The translations under genes were made by a program, and so were the position numbers. A stretch of DNA of 63,235 nucleotides, the filler included, from Nemertoderma westbladi (taxonomy: Eukaryota > Animalia > Xenacoelomorpha): the NCBI GenBank assembly GCA_032718475.1. It is 3 parts of 3 records of this genome, joined end to end, with 100 filler letters (N's around TTAATTAATTAA, not from the genome) between each part and the next. Parts side by side here need not be neighbours in the genome. Positions count along the whole stretch, not along the records: positions 54,278 to 63,235 come from JAUCBJ010002305.1; 2 more parts are not named here. One strand, given 5' to 3'. Positions 59,795-63,235 of this stretch are shown here, piece after piece. A model generated the notes under the pieces. That model was not told the origin of the DNA and did no database searches. It worked only from the letters and a program-made list of their open reading frames with translations. Positions within the stretch are counted from its first letter, which is position 1, and each line of letters opens with the position of its first letter.

Positions 59795-61875
59795 CTAACA
59801 ACAACGAGCAACAACGGGCAACAATGAGCACCAACGAACACCAATGTGCTACGAAGAGCAACAACGAGCAACAACGGGCAACAATGAGCACCAACGAGCA
59901 CCAATATGCGACGAAGAGCAACAACGATCAACAACGAGCAACAACGGGAAACAATGAACAACAACGAGCAATAACGAGCAACAATGAGCAACAATGAGAA
60001 ACAACGAGCAACAATGTGCAACAACGAGCAACAACGAGCAACAACGGGCAGCAACGAGGAACAACGAGCAACAACGTGCAACAACGTGCAACAACGATGA
60101 GCGAAAATGAGCATCAACGAGAAACAAGGAGCAGCGAAGCAATGAGCAATAATAAGCAACAACGAGCAACAATTTGCAACAATGGGCAACAACGAGCAAC
60201 AATTAACAACAACGAGAAACAACGAGAAAAAAATGTGTAAGAACGAGCAACAACGAGCAACAATGAGAACCAACGAGCACCAATGTGCGACAAAGAGCAC
60301 AATTTGTAACAATGGGCAACAACGAGCAACAATGTGCAACAATGAGCAACAACAAGCAACAATGAGCAACAACGAGAAACAGCGAGCAACAATGAACAAC
60401 AACGAGCAATAACGAGCAACAACAGGCAACAATGAGCAACAATGATAAACAACGAGCAACAACGAGCAACAACCAGCAACAATGAGCAGCGAAGCAATGA
60501 GCAATAATAAGCAACAATGGGCAACAACGAGCAACAATCTGCAACAATGGGCAACAACGAGCAACAATGAGGAACAACTGAGCAACAACGAGCAGCAATG
60601 GGCAACAACGAGCAACAATCTGCAACAATGGGCAACAACGAGCAACAATGAGGAACAACTGAGCAACAACGAGCAATAACGAGCAACCACGCGCAACAAT
60701 GTGCAACAACGAGCAACAATGTGCAACAACGAGCAACAATGAGCAACAACGAGCAACAATGAGCAGCGAAGCAATGAGCAATAATAAGCAACAACGAGCA
60801 ACAATATGCAACAATGGGCAACAACGAGCAACAATGAGAAACAACTGAGCAACAGCGAGCAATAACGAGCTACAACGAGCAACAATGAGCAACAACGAGC
60901 AACAATGAGCAGCGAAGCAATGGGCAATAATAAGCAACAACGAGCAACAATATGCAACAATGGGCAACAACGAGCAACAATGAGAAACAACTGAGCAACA
61001 ACGAGCAATAATGAGCAACAACGAGCAACAATGTGCAACAACGAGCAACAACGAGCAGCAATGGGCAACAACGAGCAACAATCTGCAACAATGGGCAACA
61101 ACGAGCAACAATGAGGAACAACTGAGCAACAACGAGCAATAACGAGCAACCACGCGCAACAATGTGCAACAACGAGCAACAATGTGCAACAACGAGCAAC
61201 AATGAGCAACAACGAGCAACAATGAGCAGCGAAGCAATGAGCAATAATAAGCAACAACGAGCAACAATATGCAACAATGGGCAACAACGAGCAACAATGA
61301 GAAACAACTGAGCAACAACGAGCAATAATGAGCAACAACGAGCAACAATGTGCAACAACGAGTAACAACGAGCAGCAATGGGCAACAACGAGCAACAATC
61401 TGCAACAATGGGCAACAACGAGCAACAACGAGCAACAATAAGAAACAACTGAGCAACAACGGGCAATAACGAGCAACAATGAGAAACAATGAGCAATAAC
61501 AAGCAACAACGAGCAATAATCTGTAACAATGGGCAGCAACGAGGAACAACGAGCAACAATGAGCAACAATGGGCAACAACGAGAAACAACGAGCAACAAC
61601 GAGCAACAATGGGCAACAACGAGAAACAACGAGCAACAGCGAGCAACAATGAGCAACATTGAGCAACAACGAGAAACAACGGGCAAAAATGAGCAATAAT
61701 GAGCAACAACTAGCAACAACGAGCAACAATGTGCAACAATGAGCAACAACAAGCAACAATCTGCAACAATGGGCATCAACGAGCAACAACGAGCAACAAC
61801 GAGCAACAATGAGCAATAACTAGAAACAACGAGCAACAATGTGCAACAAGGAGCAGCAATGAGCAACAATGAGCA
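59795..61875. repeat. Degenerate 10-bp satellite (GAGCAACAAY) with higher-order duplications
   Basis: Read directly; blocks of a few hundred bp recur (e.g. ~60590-60850 vs ~61050-61310). Confidence 0.95.
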
Positions 61876-63020
61876 CTACTACTAGGATCGGCATGCTGCA
61901 TTGCAGCTGCATTTTTAAGAATGCTGTGCCGGCTTATCGACAAAATTGCACCGCCACAACTCCCTATCACCCATGACATTTGCTAGATCATCCGCATCTT
62001 CAAGGCCAGTATCCTTTAAGATGCTTCTCAAGAAAGTCATGGGCTGTCCACCATGCTTATTCACTCCATGAGGCTGCCAAAGTACAAGATTATGCACTGG
62101 CTGGTCCTCACGGCGAAAGCAATGTCCTGCAAAGCGGAGGCGACTTTGTTCTAGTGTCAAGCTTGGGGGAACCAATGAGACACCTCCAATGTTATATAGT
62201 GTCTGGTTGGAGATGTGTGCATTGAACTTGACACAATAAACCCGGCGTGGCATTCTTGTGAATGTGCCATCCAGAGATTTGGTGTCCTCAGCAGTTAGAG
62301 CCCAGCATGGACTCCCATAGAGGAGTACTGAAACTACTGCTGCTCTAAATAACCGGACCTTAACTTTCCGATTAATTCTCGGTGACTTCCAAATCCTGGA
62401 AAGCCTATTCAAGGCTGCCCATGCCTTTCCCTTACGTATTCGAAGGTCCTCACCTGACTTCCGGATCCATGATCCCAGGTAACAGAAGTCATCCACATGC
62501 TCAAGCATACCATCTTTTGAGCTTATGCTCATCCGATCAGAGACTTGCTGAGGACTTTCAAAGTTAACTGTCAAAATTTTGGTCTTTCTGGAGTTAATAA
62601 AAAGACCAACACTAGAAGCAGCATGTTCTAATGAGCTGAGGAGCCGCTGGGCTCCCTCTAGTGATTCTGAGATTACTCCTAAGTCATCAGCAAAGTCTAG
62701 ATCAGTTAGGTACTTGGCAGGACTTCCTCGACTTCTGGAGCCAGTATGTGGAGTTATCATCGCCCCATCATCATTATGATGATCTAAGGACATGCGTAGA
62801 ACATAGTCAACAACAATTATGAACAAGAATGGTGCAAGTGTGTCTCCCTGGAGGACGCCCCATAACACTTCAAATGGTTCTGTGTCACCGTCAACAGTAG
62901 ACACAAATGTTGTCGAACCATCGTATACTGATCTGATTGCTGCAATAATTTCATCAGGAATCCCATATAATGAAAGTATGCTGAACATACGTGAGCGAGA
63001 GACTGAATCAAAGGCCTTGA
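61876..63020 (-). mobile_element. 5'-truncated RTE LINE with an open RT frame, inserted in the 10-bp satellite
   Basis: KAFDSV, GVLQGDTLAPFLF, DLDFADD, DFCYLGS, RFAGHCFR; (TAG)n tail at 61876. Confidence 0.93.
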
Positions 63021-63235
63021 ACACAAGAACGTGCAACAAGGAGCACCAATGAGCAACAATGAGCAACAACGAGAAACAACGAGCAACAATCTGCAACAAT
63101 GGGAAACAATGGGAAAGAACGCCCAAAGGCCTTTAACACAACAATGTGCAACAAGGAGCAGCAATGAGCAACAACGAGAAACAACGAGAAACAACGAGCA
63201 ACAATCTGCAACAATGGGAAACAACGAGCAACAAC
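63021..63235. repeat. Continuation of the 10-bp GAGCAACAAY satellite
   Basis: Same units resume after the RTE. Confidence 0.9.

Noticed and set aside
59782-61869. Long Cys/Leu-rich ORFs (695, 537 aa and others) and Q/N-rich plus-strand ORFs
   Set aside because: Translations of the GAGCAACAAY satellite.

Overview
AT-rich, repeat-dense animal (non-vertebrate metazoan-like) genomic sequence. It consists of three contigs joined by 100-bp N44-TTAATTAATTAA-N44 linkers (27892-27991, 54178-54277), so adjacency across the linkers is unproven. Host genes are SPACA9 (two coding exons, +, 3' end missing), the last four coding exons of GALK2 (-), a 289-aa orphan ORF (+), and a complete two-exon DEG/ENaC channel (-, 681 aa). 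The channel carries two LDL-receptor class A (LDLa) modules in its finger domain and an enlarged knuckle, and is the most novel-looking item here. The first 19 kb is a nested transposon stack: a decayed Academ-like transposase, a complete Merlin element (intact DDE ORF, 35-bp TIRs, 9-bp TSD) carrying an intact two-ORF CR1-group LINE, and a dead Merlin interrupted by a Merlin-type MITE. A 6.4-kb 47-bp satellite appears to have been amplified from the Academ-like transposase coding sequence. The rest contains four RTE copies with (TAG)n tails, a 1.1-kb Mutator-like foldback element, a 4-kb inverted-arm structure with palindromic 22-bp arrays, several minisatellites, and many TA-(3-5 nt)-TA micro-insertions resembling transposon excision footprints. 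All family assignments come from motif recognition by eye; no database searches were run.
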